DNA of 63,934 nt, the filler included, from Folioceros fuciformis (Eukaryota), in assembly GCA_049999805.1 (NCBI GenBank). It is 11 parts of 11 records of this genome, joined end to end, with 100 filler letters (N's around TTAATTAATTAA, not from the genome) between each part and the next. Parts side by side here need not be neighbours in the genome. Positions count along the whole stretch, not along the records: positions 6,321 to 16,900 come from JBNGIO010001896.1; positions 17,001 to 20,867 come from JBNGIO010001897.1; positions 20,968 to 22,952 come from JBNGIO010001898.1; positions 23,053 to 30,689 come from JBNGIO010001899.1; 7 more parts are not named here. The stretch is one strand, 5' to 3'. The translations under genes and the position numbers were made by a program. This document shows, piece by piece, positions 13,335-26,654 of the stretch. The first letter of the stretch is position 1. The number at the start of each line of letters is the position of its first letter. The notes beneath the pieces were generated by a model. It made no database searches, was not told the DNA's origin, and saw only the letters and a program-made list of their open reading frames with translations.

Positions 13335-13792
13335 GGATGGTCACATTCCCTGGCCTGCCGAGCCTGGCCTTTTCCACGCCCCGCTCCAACCCACTCCAAA
13401 GATCTGAAACACGCACAAATTCCGCAAGCCAAGGCAAGGCCAGGCAAGGCAACCCTACAACGGCCAGGTCCCTCGCATTCCCGCCTCCCTCGCCCAGCTG
13501 CCTGCACGCCAGCTCTCTCAACCCATTCTTGACCACAATTTTAGCCCCAGCACAGTCGCCCGTCCTTCCCACTCTCCAGCCGCTACCCGGCCCACAAGCT
13601 AACACGCCCAAACCCACAGCCTTCCCCTCCACCTCTACCTCACCCCGTGCAGCAGCAAGATCAGGCTTGGGGCGGGGCGGGCGCCCCGCATTGCTTCCCG
13701 TCGCAGCGCCGAAAGCACACAGGAGCAACCGCAGCAGGAGGCAGGGGGGGAGGGAGGGAGGGAGGGAGGGAGAAGACGGCGCCGCCGAAGCA

Positions 13793-13892
13793 GGCGCAGA
13801 CGCAAGCGCAGACTCAAGCGCAGACGCAAGCGCAGACGCAAACGCAGACGCAGCAGCAGGCTCAGGAGGAGGAGGAGGAGGAGGAGGAGGGA
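13793..13892. repeat. 12-bp (gcagacgcaagc)n and (GGA)n simple repeats upstream of URT1 start
   Basis: Directly visible tandem units. Confidence 0.8.
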
Positions 13893-14042
13893 GAGCGTAA
13901 CAGCCCACGGGAGCTTCGCCTGCCCGCCATCCTATGCTAGTCGCAGCAGCCCATGACGCTCGCTCCCCTCGCCACTGCTCTCTACTCGTCTGCCTGCGGC
14001 TCGTGGCTGCTCCTTGTTCGCTCGCACTCAGGCGAGAGGCGC

Positions 14043-14225
14043 GAGCCCAGAACCCCGAGCCCAGAGCCCACAACCCACAGCCCGCCCAGAGCCCACAATC
14101 CACAGCCCGCTCAGAGCCCACAACCCACAACCCAGAGCCGTGCGGGACCAGACACACAAGCCCGCCCGTAAACCCTGGTCAGCCACATCAGCACCTTACA
14201 GGCCCACACCTCTAAGGCCCACACC
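14043..14225. promoter_or_regulatory. Cluster of site II-like (RGCCCA) motifs in URT1 promoter region
   Basis: Repeated agcccacaacccac/ggcccac units about 0.7-0.9 kb upstream of the URT1 ATG. Confidence 0.45.
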
Positions 14226-15604
14226 TCTAAAAAAACAAAACAAGCCAATGTTCCTTACATACATATATACACACATATATGTGTGGACTCTCAGAAAAAA
14301 AAATACTCCATAAATGCGTCATATAATCTCTTCCCATAACTACCACACAGTGTTCAAATATTCTTCCTCATTCTCACTCAATATACATTCAATATTTTTT
14401 AACCCCTAATTCTCACCCTAACAAATACATTTTTCTTTGCCTTTCTCTTTGCCTTGTCTTAAGCCGGTAATTAGTTATAACTACGGTATCCTCATCCCCA
14501 ATATTCGTCAATGTCCCCCTAGAATTCGTCAACATTTTCTGTACTTGGTCAGTATTCATGACTTGCCCGTCCGTGCATCCACGTCTCCATACTTCCTTAG
14601 TATCCGTCCTGCGTTTGTTCGTCCATCTGTCAATATCTCTAGATAGATATATTGACATACGGTAGTTATTACTTGTCTATCTGTCCACAACTTGGAGTTC
14701 GTTAGTGTATTCCTCTATCTATTTGTGCACGTGTCACCATCTTTAGAGATACATATGTACTGACCTCGTCAATATCCGTGGCCCATGGGTCGATGTCTAC
14801 AAAGATACTTATGTACGTTGTTTGTACATACATATTATTCTGTCTTGTCTAAAGTATCTATACTCCTTGAATTGTACTTGTTATATTCTTTAAACCGTAT
14901 CCAATATTTGTACTAGAAATATATTCCATGTCTGTTCTATTAGATGTGTGTCATAGTTTGTTTGTCCAAGGATTATGTTCACTTTTTTCACTTTTTGATT
15001 ATCTTAACTCTTAAACGTAATGTGTTTGTTTATAATGGGTTTGTTCATATTTTAAAATAGAGTAACCATGTGATAGATGCATAAAAGTTGTTTCGAAAGA
15101 AATGATTTCTTTAAAACAAAAATTAATATATATAAATGCACATGTATCGAAAGATAAGGACTTGGGATGCAGCCAAACAACTCAAAACCTTGAGATGATA
15201 ACAATATCTAACCACATGACTATGAACGAAATGCTAAGAAATTAAAGCATTTGTTTGTATTCCAACTTGAAACCAAACAACTTGGAATAAAACAAAACTA
15301 GGTCTGTCCCTATGATATGGAGAACATGTAAAACCTCTTACGTAACCTTTTACCTGTATGTTGCGTACTGTTACTAGGGTATGGAGAGCGAATCGCGGAG
15401 CAAGTGTCGCGTCTCTCCCTTTCGCGGGCTCGCAACCCCGCGGTGGCACTTGGAGCCATGGCCACCACGGAGGTTGAGTATGTCCCCTTCGTTACGGTAG
15501 GAGGTAGGCTGTCAGGACACAAACATATGTGTTGAGGTCAGGTCCAGCCGGAGAAAGACGCAGCAATACGTAGCTTGCGAGAAGCTGATGGTGATGAGAG
15601 ACTC

Positions 15605-16010
15605 TCCACCCGATTGGCCACTTCAAGCTGCCTACCCCCTCCGATGTGGATGTGCAGATGGTACACGGTCTATCCTTTTCGACGACGCCAGAAGCTTTTG
15701 GCCAGGCCCTCCCTGCCTCCACCCTCACCTTCTTCGCTACGTACTACGTAGAGTAGAGTAGGTAGGTCCCAGAGGACCTCTTAATGGCGCTCCAAGCTGC
15801 GTGAGCTCCATCACGAGCCTTTGGTAACAGGAGTACGTGGACGAGTGCTCCAGGATTGGTGTCCCGGAACGCCTGAACCTTGGCACATTTAACGCTTATG
15901 TGAAAGAAATGTCCCGGGGGACAGATTTTGTCACAATCGCATTGGCAGCTGCGTCGGGGCCAGCAGCGGATGCCTGGTCTGCGTTTATTTCTTCGCTCCG
16001 TTGCGCTATG
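15605..16010 (-). pseudogene. Intronless decayed HINT (histidine triad) pseudogene
   Basis: AFRDTNPGALVHVLLLPKARDG, then TVYHLHIHIGGGRQL/KWP in other frames, with stops and frameshifts. Confidence 0.85.
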
Positions 16011-16336
16011 GGAACGGCACGGCACGGCGCGGAAAAACATCGGAACGTGACGCGCGCAGACGAAACCCTTGCTGATTTGCTTGATTGCATCTCACACCAG
16101 GGTTGATGCCGAAGGCGAGTGGCAGCTGGTGCAATGCGCAGAGGGGGGAGCCAAGGCTGTTGAGGGCTATGCCTTTTAACGTGTGACTCCTGCTGCGAAG
16201 CACTAGCATTTCCTTGGGTTTTTTATGCTCTCTAAACCCTTGGGCGTTGGCCGTTACTACAAAAACCCCTGGAAACAGCCGCGCTAAACCCTGAGAGTTG
16301 GGAGTCTCGGAAGGGAGATTTCTGTCGGGAGGCGCG

Positions 16337-16862
16337 ATGGCGCTTTTCAGGAGAATGGGGTCAGCCCTGCGGCAGGCTGGAGCTAGGAGCATGCGGCTGA
16401 AGGAGGCGTCCGTGGGACAGGCCAATCCTGCCCTGTACCAGCCTGTGAGGGCAATGACGGGAGCCTCCGGTGGCAACAAGATCTTTGTGGGAGGTTCGGA
16501 TCGTGTTCTATCTAATTTCCTGCCTGCAGTGTGCGCGTGACCAATGTGCTCATGCCGAGTGAATGGGGTTGTAATTGGAAATTCGCGTGCAGGTTTGGCG
16601 TGGGGAGTGACCGAGAATTCCCTTAGGGATGCGTTTCAGTCGTTCGGGGACATCATGGATGGTGAGGGCATGCAGACTCTTGTGCTGCTTGTCTCGTTTC
16701 TGTCACTCTCTTGCCCTGCGGTTTGGGCTGAATCAGTTGCTGCTTCTGTTTGCAGCTGTTGTTATCGTAGATCGTGAAACTGGACGGTCGAAAGGGTTTG
16801 GTTTTGTTGAATTCACCTCTGACTCGGCTGCGGAGACTGCTGTGGCACAGATGGACGGACAG
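16337..16862 (+). CDS. Mitochondrial-type glycine-rich RRM RNA-binding protein (RBG/ORRM-like), 3' end lost at linker
   Basis: Exons 16337-16493, 16593-16661, 16756-16862; presequence MALFRRMGSALRQ, RNP2 KIFVGGL, RNP1 DRETGRSKGFGFVEF. Confidence 0.88.
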
Positions 16863-17000
16863 GTATTGGACCTTCTATCGTGGCTTAGGCTACCGTGGGG
16901 NNNNNNNNNNNNNNNNNNNNNNNNNNNNNNNNNNNNNNNNNNNNTTAATTAATTAANNNNNNNNNNNNNNNNNNNNNNNNNNNNNNNNNNNNNNNNNNNN

Positions 17001-17295
17001 AACCATGAAAACAATACACATCACCACTGTCTTACTATGGAGGTCCGCGGTCTCCATTTAAGTAGTACATTTAGGGCTACACAACTTCCAGGTTCAATAT
17101 GGGATAATCTACACTATCCTAAGTTCACTAATAACTAGTACTAGTCTAGTATGAACCCAACTGGGATAACTAACACCACATGAGTTTAGCTCATATAGAG
17201 CTCGATAACTCAACACACTCCCCTGAAAGTTTGATTGAAATTGGAGAGGTGAGCAGTCCTAAGAAGCCAAGGTGAGCTTTAAAAACAACTCTGGT
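17001..17295 (-). mobile_element. Copia 3' end: pol tail, PPT and LTR start
   Basis: Minus strand reads VVFKAHLGFLGLL, then AGGGGAG followed by TGTGTTGAG near 17217. Confidence 0.5.
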
Positions 17296-17869
17296 TGCAA
17301 GGGTGACCCTGCCTCTGCCGAACTTTGCATCTTTGACTAAGGCTAACACCTTCGACTCCCCCAGCCATTATGACTTGTTGGAATTCGAGATTCAGCACTC
17401 CATCCCTAAGTCAAGCAAGGTGTTAAAATAGAGGATCACCGAGGAACCTTCATTTCGATGACACACGGTACTGAACCCGTGAATAACTGTTTGCAGAGTC
17501 TTCACAAAAACCCAACCCCTCTTGAATGACACTCATGGCCCTCCTCCTGACTATTTCCCACAACAAGGAAGGACGATATCTATCCACGACATCTAGCTGT
17601 AGTGACCGAGTAGGTAGCGCATGCATCTCCTCCCCCTTCGGCATCCAGTAATAGAACATGTTATCCACCTTCTTCCGCATGAGAACACAAATTTTCACTT
17701 ATGTGATGGTTGTGTCAGCTAGCCTCGAGAAGATGTCATCCTGGATTCGGCGAGCCCACCGTTGTGTTACCAAGTTCGCCCTCCAGAGCTTCTTTTGGAC
17801 TCCTTGGACCCCGCGGGATAAGGGTCCAAGCTATCTCACCTCTAATTTGTAACTCCTGCCTCCTGGTCC

Positions 17870-18800
17870 TGAGCGAAGCGAACAAGCTTGCTTAAGGTGA
17901 TTAGGAAGGCCACAATTTCCACACCTACTCGGAAGACCTGGGTAGTCAAAAAGCTTTGAAGAGTCTTCCAGGTCTCGAACAACCACACCTGCAGGCAAGG
18001 ATGTGAGATTATCAACTCTTACACCGAATCACGGTGGCTTGCTTCTGTCGAAAAAATAGGAATTGACCTTAGGAACCTCGACCACCCGTCCGATTGTCTC
18101 CAGAATCCTGTTGATCAAAGGTATAAGCTGCACTGGTAAGGCGGGCAGCCGCACCCAAACAAAATGCCTCTTGATATGGGATTGCATGATTGTGCTTCCA
18201 AGAGACCACGCCTCTACCGTTTCCGGGATTGAGCCTTGGAAGGGCAACGTTGTTTGCAAGAGTGCTAGGGCCCTAGCTGCTTCATTGCATTTAATCTGAA
18301 AGGATCCATCCTTTTTCAGGAAGACATATGCGGAGGGACACCCTGTGACGTGCACTACCCAATCCTCGAGTTCCCCTACCGTAGGAGGCCCTCCAGCAGA
18401 TAGCCGCCCCACCACTGAGCTAACCGCCAACCTATTTTCCTCCTGCTGAAAGAATCATTCCTCGGTGAGGATGTCCGCCAAAGAACCAAGTTGGATGCCC
18501 GAATCCTCATTCGCCGGGACCGATACAGATTCTATACTTGTGCCCCCGTTTGACCTCCCTCGAGTGGCGTCATTCTTGAGATTCCGTACCTCTGCCTCCT
18601 TCTCAGGCTCTGCTTTCTTCTGCCTATGATCACTAGGATTAGTTGTTGGTGCCACTGCGATAGGCTTCCGACCATTCTGCTTATCTAAGCACATACCGAC
18701 CACCTCGGCCCATATGTTCACTGTCCAGCCCCCCCGCGGGGAGCTCATTGCTTCCATCGTAGCGTCACGCTTCTAGCTGCCACTCCATGCAGCGCATTCT
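17870..18800 (-). mobile_element. L1-type LINE ORF1 remnant
   Basis: VWVRLPALPVQL...ILETIGRVVEV and zinc knuckle RCGNCGLPNHLKQAC (CX2CX4HX4C) near 17885-17930; in-frame stops. Confidence 0.8.
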
Positions 18801-19460
18801 TGAGTGCGTGCGATCCAGCGGGGGTTGACTGTCTACTTAGAGGGTACAATTAAAGTCACATCATACACACGAATAGATCTTTTTTTATTCTTGGAAACAT
18901 CACCCCTATACCTTATATATTTGTAAGGAACAAAAAAAATGTATTTAGTTATCGATTTGTGGACCAGGCACATCTTCGTTCTCCGCAACCATAAAGTCTA
19001 GGACAACAACCACATCCTATAAAAGGTTCTTAGTTTCTTATTCCAAGCTATTTACTTCTTCTGGAGCTTACTAGTCCTCCAAATTGATAACCTCCTACTC
19101 TCTTAATTCCTAAGAAGGAGCTAGGGTGGTTTGTCCTTTCTTTGTTGCTTTAGTTGCACTTCTTCCCTTCCTTCGATCCTTTAATAGATCTATGTTTGCC
19201 TTCATGTAGTCCACCCCATTGATGCATACTTCGAATTTCTTAGCTCAAACCACATATAAACCTTTGCAATGAAGCTCAAGGTCATTCAAAATGTTCACTT
19301 TGTATATAAAATGTTAGAAGTCTGTAGGGAGACGAAAAAGGCTGTCCTTGAGTTTTAATTGCTGCACAAACAAGAAGGAAACAATAGTTGTTATGTTTAA
19401 AGGAGTCCACAAAATACTTGTTTGCAGCCAAAAATAAAATAAAATTGTACCGCGGTAGTT

Positions 19461-19625
19461 GGACAGCACCCTTACCGCTTGGGCTCTCACAACTTGGTGA
19501 AAAGGGGAAGTGAGGGGAGGCAAGGCGTTAGTTGGCCGACACTCTCATTGTTTGGGCTCGCACAACTTGGTGAAAAGGAGAGGTGAGAGGAGGCAGGGTG
19601 TCAATTGGCCGGTGCCCTCACTACT
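19461..19625. repeat. Degenerate ~73-bp direct repeat
   Basis: cacaacttggtgaaaagg...gaggca occurs at 19488 and 19561. Confidence 0.7.
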
Positions 19626-20045
19626 TGCGCTACTACATTGGAAGGTGTTTTGTAACACTCCCTTGTAACACTTTCCAAAAGTGTTACATATTCGAGCCTT
19701 GGGAACACATACTTTATATTGTTACAAAATGTGTGCCATGAAGTGTTACAAAAAGTGTACCATGCCCTGCATTCCGAGGACCCCGCTTAACTCAACACCT
19801 GCCTTGAATGTGTAGTTCACCTATATGCACTTCATGATTAGAAAAAAGGAGTGGAAGGTAGAGTCTCACATTTCTCCCATTCTAACCTCTTTCCCAGGGC
19901 TGCATTACATGCGCACCCCCATTCTGTCATCCGTCAAGGGTTTTAGATGCTCGGTCATACGCCATTTCCTCTCTCGTGTCGTACACAAAATAAATAGTAT
20001 TTTTGCTGCTCGAACGACAATTTTGAAATACGAGAGTCATTGACG

Positions 20046-20230
20046 GCCGAGGACTGTCCAAGATTGTCTCCATTTTCAATGGTTGTGGGCCAAGGACTAT
20101 CTCCATTTATAATTGTTGTTCACCAAGGACAATCTTGATTTACAATTGTCATTGGCCTATGACTACCCCCTTTCCAATTGGGGAAGGCCAAGGATTGTCC
20201 CCATTTCCAATTGTCGAAGGCCAAGGAATG
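20046..20230. repeat. Degenerate ~33-bp minisatellite
   Basis: About five ccaaggattgtccccatttccaattg-like units. Confidence 0.75.
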
Positions 20231-21179
20231 CTGTTCTCATGCATACAAATCGAGCAGATTGTGTTTTGCTTCAATAGTCAAAAGACTCATTTTCCTATAA
20301 ATACTGCTCACCCCTTTTACTTTTGTCAGTCTTCCAACGTATGTCGGCAAGTTGTGCTCCATCGCTCAAGGCCGCATTGCTCATGTTTGCTCGGCCCCAT
20401 CCGCATACCCCAAAATGTGTTGGCCCCCTCTGCAGCCACATGGTTCAACATTGGGGTCTTGGCCAGGAGTGGCGATAGGAGGGTGTGCTGTGTCTATGTC
20501 TACACTTTTCCCTATGCATTCTCCTCAATGACACTTTTACTTTGCTTACTCTTGCTCTCTACCCCCGTCCTCTTCTCCTCCTCCCTCAATAGACACATTC
20601 TCGATGTCCTCCTTTTTTCCTTTTGCGCACTATCCACAGCGTTTGTTCATCCAATCTTCTTCTCTTGCGATGGCCCTTCATTCCCTATCTGGAGCTGGTT
20701 CAAAGCCTTCATTGGAAAAAATAGGAAATACCCTTATCCCCCAAGATAGGGCAAAGTAAGGACTAGCCCCTAAGGTTAGCAAGTTTAAACTAAAAACAAC
20801 ACCTAATATATGGTGATCTAAAAGGTGAAAGGGTCTACCTACCATCGGAGATGCCCACATTACCTCCNNNNNNNNNNNNNNNNNNNNNNNNNNNNNNNNN
20901 NNNNNNNNNNNTTAATTAATTAANNNNNNNNNNNNNNNNNNNNNNNNNNNNNNNNNNNNNNNNNNNNGAAGATAAGAGATAAGACAACTATCTGCATTTA
21001 AAATGACTTGCATACTATGTTCAGAACATAAGCTAGCAGCAGACACTAAGTTTTTACACATGGATGGTACATGAAGGACATGAGAGAGAGAAAGAACTTT
21101 GCTTGAAGAACATATGAGAACAACAGAACCTACACCAGAGATGAAGAGGTTGTGGTCATCGCCCTATAGGATAGTCTAG

Positions 21180-22050
21180 TATCCTATGATTGGCGAATAA
21201 GACTCAAAAGAGTTTCTATTGTGACAAATGTGTGATGTAGCTCCACTGTCCAAGTACTAATATGGATTTGTTGCCCAAATACCTGCTGCAATGTTACATT
21301 GGCACCAAGTGCTACTGCTTGAAGAGTAGCATTCTGAGAGCTAATAAACTGAGAATAACTGTCGAGCAGTGATGCTAAGAAGGAAACAGCTGCTTGAAAC
21401 TCTGTGAAGGTAGTCCCACAATATGCAAGAGTCGCACGAGTTGTGCGAAACTTATTGATATAAGACTCAACAGTCTCATTATCCTACATACGAATATTGA
21501 AAAAATCCTGATGCGCTAAAACAAGGGAAACAGAACTCTTATCTCTATAAATGAGTTGGAAGTTGTTCCAAACTGCAGCTGAGGTGTCAGCGTCCATGGT
21601 GTGCAGCATCATGTTCATGTCAAGGGATGCAAAAAGGATTGACCGAGCCCTCATGTCCTTCCTTTGCCATGCAAGAATATCAGCAGCATTTGTATTGTTA
21701 GGTTGTGCTGCTGGTTTTGGTTCTATCTCGTCCATGATGGACATGAGCTCATGCTCCTCCAAAATCTAGGTCAACCTCATCACCTAGATGTGGTAATCAT
21801 TACCATTAAAGCGATCCTTGTCCTTGAACTCAATCCTCAAGGAACCTGGAGTGATCGCCATAGCTTGCACAAGGGTGTTGACAAAAGGCACTGGTTGTAG
21901 AGATGTGTTAGGTCCTGAATTTGCAGCTTGTCCAGTTGAATGTCCAACTCGAATAGTAGGGTAGCTTGTCGTGCCTACAAGGGTGCTTGCAAAACCCGCA
22001 CGGGATTGCGTGCTGATGGAGTGGGAACACCAGATGGGTTGCACCAAAAC
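21180..22050 (-). mobile_element. Degenerate Copia gag region
   Basis: FNGNDYHI...ILAWQRKDMRARSILFASLD...SAAVWNNFQLIY...DNETVESYINKF with stops. Confidence 0.85.
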
Positions 22051-23052
22051 CTTCTCTAAAGGTCAAAAGAAGGATACTCAACTTGTTGTTTATCGATGCC
22101 AGTTGAGGGATCGACAACAAGTGAAGCAGCTTCCTCTTGCAAATCCAATTTGCCAACACCCAAATCTTCGCCTTCATTTGATTCGCCGGACCCTGATGAT
22201 GGCGAATTTGGTTGCATGTCCACTCTTCAAATGTCATGAACGGGGCACGTGTGAGCGTCTCGGTGAAAGTAGTCTAGCTAGATGCACACGCTTCTCCTCT
22301 TCAAATGGGGTAGCCATAAAAAATAATTATTGAATTCCTAATATGACACCAGACAAAATATCTTGGAGTCCGCAAATCTGGATAGTGGCTTCCCTTAAAT
22401 CATCCTTAATTTTTCGTCGTGGATAGCCACGAGAAATTGAAGGTGGACGTTGAGTAGGGCTTGAGTTGAAAACATGTCTCACATTCAGGGCTTCGGACAC
22501 GGGGTTCCTTCAACTTACAATGTGTGAAATCAAAATCCCTACGAGATGTGAGTGTTGGAGGAGACTGAAAGAAACACTCCTCCGTTGAGTGTGAGAGGCC
22601 TTGCGCCTCGACATCTTCACTCCAGCCTCGACAACTTCACCAAGGAATAATGAAAACATTGCACAATCTGAAGCTTGCCCCGTTCCACCTCAGCAATAGA
22701 GAAGCCCGCTTTGCGCTAGCCCGCTACCCTCTCAAATCACATCCTCATATCGCAAAATCCGAAAGCTTCTATCCCCAATGGTTCCAAAGTGCAAGGAAAA
22801 ATCGGATTAGGCAAGGGGCGTCGTAAATTACGAACATCGCAGAGCCGCGATAGGGTTGCCATCTTCATCCCCTACCCAGCTACAAAACCTCGTTGTGAAA
22901 CCCTCAGATCAGGGCATGGTGCGCCATGGGCAGATCACCACAACAACTCCACNNNNNNNNNNNNNNNNNNNNNNNNNNNNNNNNNNNNNNNNNNNNTTAA
23001 TTAATTAANNNNNNNNNNNNNNNNNNNNNNNNNNNNNNNNNNNNNNNNNNNN

Positions 23053-26000
23053 GGTCTGGATCCTGCCGCCTGCTGGGATGCGCGGCCTGGATCCTGACCG
23101 GACCCTGCCTACTGCCGGGCCGGGATGGCTGCTGGCTAGGCTCTTCAGCAACCCACCACCAGCCAGCAGACCTCCCCCCCCAGGCATCAGCTGCCAGTCT
23201 GCCTGCAGCCAGACCGGGCTGCCTGCGCCACTGGTTGCCTGCCTGTGGCCAGCCGGTCCCGCGGCCTAGCAGAGATCCTAGCCAGGATCCGGGATCGGAT
23301 CCCGGCAGACTGCTCGCCACCGGCGCGGGCTGGGCTGCTTGGCTAAGCTCCTCAGCCGGCCATCACCAGCCAGCAGCCCCTCTACCATCCTTCTCGCATA
23401 CCTGGCCCCCCTCCTGGCCAGCACGATCTGGATCAGCCAGAGGCCCGTCTGGGTACGATCCAGCGCCGCCTTAGGCTATCTGGCCCTGCTGCGACCAGTC
23501 GCCATGGCCACCTGCCCAGCCAGCCTGAATCCGGCTGGCCGCGTCCTACTTGGGCCCTGCGGTTGTTGATTTTATAGCCATTGGAGAGGTGCCGCCACCC
23601 AGCCTGTCCAGGACCTTATGCCATTGCCCGCGCCTGGCTGGTCTGCCTCTTGAATCTGATACTACCGCAGCCTCGGAGCGCCCTGCCGACCAAGACCCGG
23701 CTGCTGCTGACCGCTTGCCAACCTCCAGATCCAGCCCCGGTCTCGACCAGCTTGGATCCGCCCAGCCAGGCCAGCCAGCCCGCCCGTCAGCTGGCTGCTC
23801 CTTTGCGCTCCAGGCTGCCTGGCACCAGTCATGAGCAGCTACAGCCAGCCCGGACTCCAAGATGGGTCGCTTACCCTTCAGCTGGCCTGCCACCGACATT
23901 CCCGGCCTCCTGCCCTCCTGAACCTGGCCAGAAGCTAGCCCAACAGACCCGCCCTGCTGTAGCTAGGCTAGGCTGGGCTGCGGCCAGGCTCCTCAGTAGC
24001 CAGCCGACCAACTCGGCTGCCCAGCTCAGCTGCAGCCCGCACTCTAGCAGCCCGCCATCACCAGTCGATTCCAAGCCGGCCTGCTTGGTGCGGCCTAGTC
24101 CCCAGTTGCTGTCGATCCCCTGCTAGCTGCCCGTTCGCGGCCTACACCGACCTGGATCGGCCACCGACAACCAGCTCCACAGTCGCCACGGCCTGGCCTG
24201 GTTGTCCCCTCCACAGTAGCCGCCGATCCGGCACCTGCTCTCAACTATGACCAGCCAAACCGCCCGGTCAGCCCGTCCTGGCCTGGCGTAGGCGGCCGAA
24301 TCCGTTTGTCTTCTGGCCCGCCAGCCATCCCGGCCGGCCAGGCCGCTCCTGGTCGTCGGCCTACTGGTCCAAACCTGGCTAGCCAGCCAGCTCCCCAGCC
24401 TCCCCTATTTGTTCTGAGCTCCAACCTAGTCTATGGTCCAGCCCGGTTGGATCCACCAACTTGCAAGACCGCCTCCCATTAGCACGGTTGCCTACCTGGC
24501 CAGGCTACCCCCCGGCACACAGGCAGCCCGTAAGCCCGACTGCCTGAGCTTGTATCCCACCAGCCCGACTGGCCGAGCAGCCAGGCCAAACTGGCTGTGC
24601 CGACCTGTTTGCAGCTCGCCCGGCCGACTGGTCGAGCAGCCCCCAACCAGCCATCCGCCTATCTAGCTCTAGCGAACCCCCCATCAGGCTGCTACTTGCT
24701 TGTGCTCCGCCGCCGCCCGCCTAGCCTACACGACTGCCTGCTAGGCAACCTATCCGATCCGGCCCAGCCCCCGGCCTGGGTCTGGCCATGCGGCCTGCCA
24801 ACAGCTAGGCCGCCTACCTGGCTGCTGCCTACTCCTCCCTTGGCCAGCCGGCTGCTTGGCCTCGCCCAGGCCAAGTTAGCCGACCCGTGTGGCTAGCCGA
24901 ACAGCCGGTCCATTACTCACCTGGCTGCCTTCCAGCCTACTGACCCTGAGGCGATACTCCCCCTACCCGGCCATCTGGCTGGCTAACTTTCCCCGAACCT
25001 GATGCCCCACAACCTTAGGCCCTCCTTGCGTGACCGCCTGCTCTCGGGCCCTCGGTCCCAGGCACCGCTATCCCCGTCTCTCGCTTCCACCAACATCGAC
25101 CAGAGAGAGAGCCCCGCTCGCCTTCCATGACATCCTAGGGTTTACTATTCCTCCATCACCTTACCCCAGGAACCAGAGCCCACGTCCTATCTACCACACA
25201 ACCTACCTACCCTATCGACTCACCATCAATCTAGCTACTATTCTAACCTAATCTCCCCACCTTTCCTCTACAACACTCCCTCACAAATCCAAAAAAAAGA
25301 AAACCTATCCTTTCCCAGGGGTCTGTTTAGCATGTGGAGTCCACAGTTGCATATCCTCCAAGAAGGTGACGTCGTGAGAGTAGGTCACTCTGTGTGTTTG
25401 AGGATGGATGATCTTATAACCTTTCACCCCTTCCATGAACCCAACGAAGATGTACTTTTGAGCTCTGTTGTCCAATTTCTTCCTAATAGCTTTGAGTACG
25501 TGTGCGTACACGGGAGCTCCAAATACCCGAGGGTAAGAAAGGTCTGGCTTGGTGCCGGTCCAAGCTTCATATGGTGTGCCTTATGGGAGAGCTAAGGTCA
25601 GTGTCCTGTTGCTAATATAGACCATGTGTTGCATGGCATCTGGCCGATAGGTCTTGGGCTGTTGAGCATGGATGAGCATTGAGAGTCCACAATTCTGAAT
25701 AGTGCGATTCATTCTCTCTGACATGCCATTTTGTTGGGAGGTGTGGGGGGTTGTAACCTGTCTATTTATTCCTTTATCTCTGCAGAACTGAATAAAGGCT
25801 GTTGAGCCGTATTCACCACCTCCATCACTGCGGAGACATAGTAGAGAGTCTCTTGTTTGCTTCGCTTCCCATGTAGTGTACTCCTTAAAGTAGGTAAGCA
25901 CTTGAGATCTATGCTTCAGTAGGTAAATGATCGTGAATCGGCTAAAGTCGTCGATCAACAGCATGAAGTAGTTGAAGCCAATCATGGATCTATTAAAGGG

Positions 26001-26220
26001 GCCACAGAAGTCAGAGTGAACTAGGTGGAGTCTCTTTGTGGCTTTGGTTGTAGATGTTTTGGGGAACAGAGCACGATGGCTATTCCCAAGTGTATAGGCT
26101 TCGCAGTTACCGAATTCTTTGACCTTGGTTAGTGAAATTCCATTAGCTGCTTGTGTCTTGATCATTTCCTTCATTCGTCTCAGGTTCATATGCCCTAATC
26201 GGGCATGCCACAAATATGTC
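23053..26220 (-). mobile_element. Copia GAG-pre-integrase/integrase remnant followed by ~2.2 kb GC-rich low-complexity segment
   Basis: WHARLGH, CEA, LVHSDFCGP, LRSDGGGEY, QQNGMSERMNRT, KKLDNRAQKYIFVGFMEGVKGY (25305-26213). Confidence 0.9.
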
Positions 26221-26568
26221 TGACTTTGTGTGTGTTGTTGCAGATAGGGAGGAGGGGTGGGTTACCCTGAGATGATATAAGTCGTCATGGGTGTGTACAA
26301 GTTCATAGTTTGTATGGGTTGTAAAAGCCTTGCAATGTCATTGCATAGTTAGGGCCAGTTAGCCGGAGTACTAGCCTCTATTGCTGGAGGATGCGAACTT
26401 CTTGCGACATTCTTCGTATGTATGGTTGGGAATTTTGCAATGTCCCAATGGTGGCGAGCACAAACTTGCAGCCTATTTCATGCCACAGACGGAGGCAGAT
26501 GGTGGCAGGCTCGTCACGCGTACACGGCTCCTCCTCCTCCTTCTTGATGTCCTACTTCTAACGGATCA

Positions 26569-26654
26569 CCCTTCAATGCGATGTGCCAACGATGAACCTT
26601 CAATGCGATGTGCCTGCAATGAACCTTCAATGCGATGTGCCTGCGATGAACCTT
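26569..26654. repeat. 27-bp tandem repeat x3
   Basis: ccttcaatgcgatgtgcc...atgaa units. Confidence 0.9.

Noticed and set aside
12411-14157. Long ORFs of 373, 302 and 187 aa around the URT1 start
   Set aside because: Antisense or upstream shadows of GC-rich low-complexity sequence with no domain signal
20135-20749. 204-aa ORF
   Set aside because: Begins inside a minisatellite at a TTG, with no domain or splice support
23053-24900. Many overlapping P/A/S-rich ORFs
   Set aside because: GC-rich repeat sequence with no coherent frame
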